36,885 nt of DNA from an uncultured Planctomycetaceae bacterium (GTDB taxonomy: Bacteria; Planctomycetota; Planctomycetia; Pirellulales; UBA1268), in the NCBI GenBank assembly GCA_937900985.1, contig CALCGM010000113.1, forward strand, positions 1 to 36,885. Direction: 5' to 3'. Position numbers and translations under genes: made by a program. Positions 36,407-36,885 of this stretch are shown piece by piece; within the stretch, counting starts at the first letter, position 1, and each line of letters starts with the position of its first letter. The notes below the pieces were generated by a model. It did not search any database. It worked only from the letters and a program-made list of their open reading frames with translations, and was not told the origin of the DNA.

Positions 36407-36763
36407 CTACCCGGTTCCGCTTGCCCCGAGTTCCTTCAGGTCCTCATTGTTCTCGTCGGGGCGGCGAATCCAGGCGAAGCCGTACGGATTGAGCGCATGC
36501 AGCAACACGCAGCGGACGGGAGGAGACGCTGAGGAGGCTCACTGCTCGAGCACCATCGTCTGCACGGCCGACCCAAAGAACCCTTCGACACCATGCAAGC
36601 CCGACGAGATGACCAGCACGTTGTCGGCATCCTCGGTTGCCGAAGAGACGCCATCGATCGTCAGCTCTTCTCCGCCGGGCCCGACCGCTTCAATGGGATA
36701 CGCCTCCAGCCTCCAGCCAATCCGCTGCGCAGCTCTCGCGAAAACGTGCGCGGGCGGCTGCAT
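36407..36763 (-). pseudogene. remnant of a DUF2817 / M14-like (succinylglutamate-desuccinylase-type) peptidase gene, with in-frame TGA and 3' truncation
   Basis: The 74-codon ORF ends ...VLVISSGLHGVEGFFGSAVQTMVLEQ-TGA (36539-36541). In the same frame the sequence continues ASSASPPVRCVLLHALNPYGFAWIRRPDENNEDL, the expected continuation of this family. After about 36430 it diverges (KELGASGTG) and stops at TAG 36407-36409. Roughly 110 of the ~370 expected codons are present. Confidence 0.6.
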
Positions 36764-36885
36764 ACTCGGTGGTGAATACCGTAGAAAGAGGCATGTGATG
36801 CTCTTCTGGCAGCCTCGTCGGCTGCGGCGTCGTGCTCCGCCGGCGGATGGGCGTGAGGCCAGCTTGATCGGGTGCGTTCGGTCAG

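Noticed and set aside
30907-36492. Plus-strand ORFs 30907..32385, 32462..33949 and 33973..36492, antisense to the acyltransferase-like, DUF1501 and PSCyt/DUF1553 genes
   Set aside because: Same reasoning: shadow ORFs opposite genes with clear motifs, showing compositional signs of non-coding frames.
36539-36541. In-frame TGA in the DUF2817-like gene as possible selenocysteine or programmed read-through
   Set aside because: The gene also loses homology and is truncated ~110 nt further on. I saw no SECIS-like hairpin immediately downstream, and the family is not known to me as a selenoprotein. Pseudogenisation is the simpler reading.

Overview
High-GC bacterial chromosomal window. The gene content points to Planctomycetota: two DUF1549/DUF1553-type plus DUF1501 gene pairs, a formylglycine-type sulfatase, giant ORFs and many exported hypothetical proteins. 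I support about 22 protein-coding genes and one pseudogene remnant. I saw no rRNA, tRNA, CRISPR array, transposase or integrase.

Left part (1-10.2 kb) holds housekeeping and exported proteins: a hypothetical protein, a bifunctional-nuclease-family protein, valS, a secreted protein with a variant Zn-peptidase-like motif, a short RecQ-family helicase, an NTF2/SnoaL-like exported protein and a Gly/Arg/Pro-rich exported protein.

Middle part (10.2-13.5 kb) is a small accessory islet. It carries a translationally coupled HicA-like/HTH pair, queF, a flavodoxin-family gene, and an Unstab_antitox/ParE pair whose toxin gene seems to carry a 1-nt insertion just before its expected stop.

Right part (13.5-36.3 kb) is a 23-kb run of eight co-directional minus-strand genes:
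- PSCyt-DUF1549-DUF1553 protein
- DUF1501 protein
- HGSNAT-like membrane acyltransferase
- 1137-aa envelope protein
- 2606-aa giant envelope protein
- sulfatase
- DUF1549/DUF1553 protein
- DUF1501 protein

The best candidate for an undescribed system is the 11-kb pair of giant genes (19480-30706). The same signal / beta-rich ectodomain / multi-TM anchor module recurs three times, with modules 2 and 3 fused into one protein. Gene 1 overlaps gene 2 by 8 nt, and the sulfatase gene follows gene 2 after 11 nt. I recognised no named domain or catalytic motif in these proteins.

Most long ORFs on the strand opposite these genes are high-GC antisense artefacts. All family assignments come from motifs read by eye; no searches were run.
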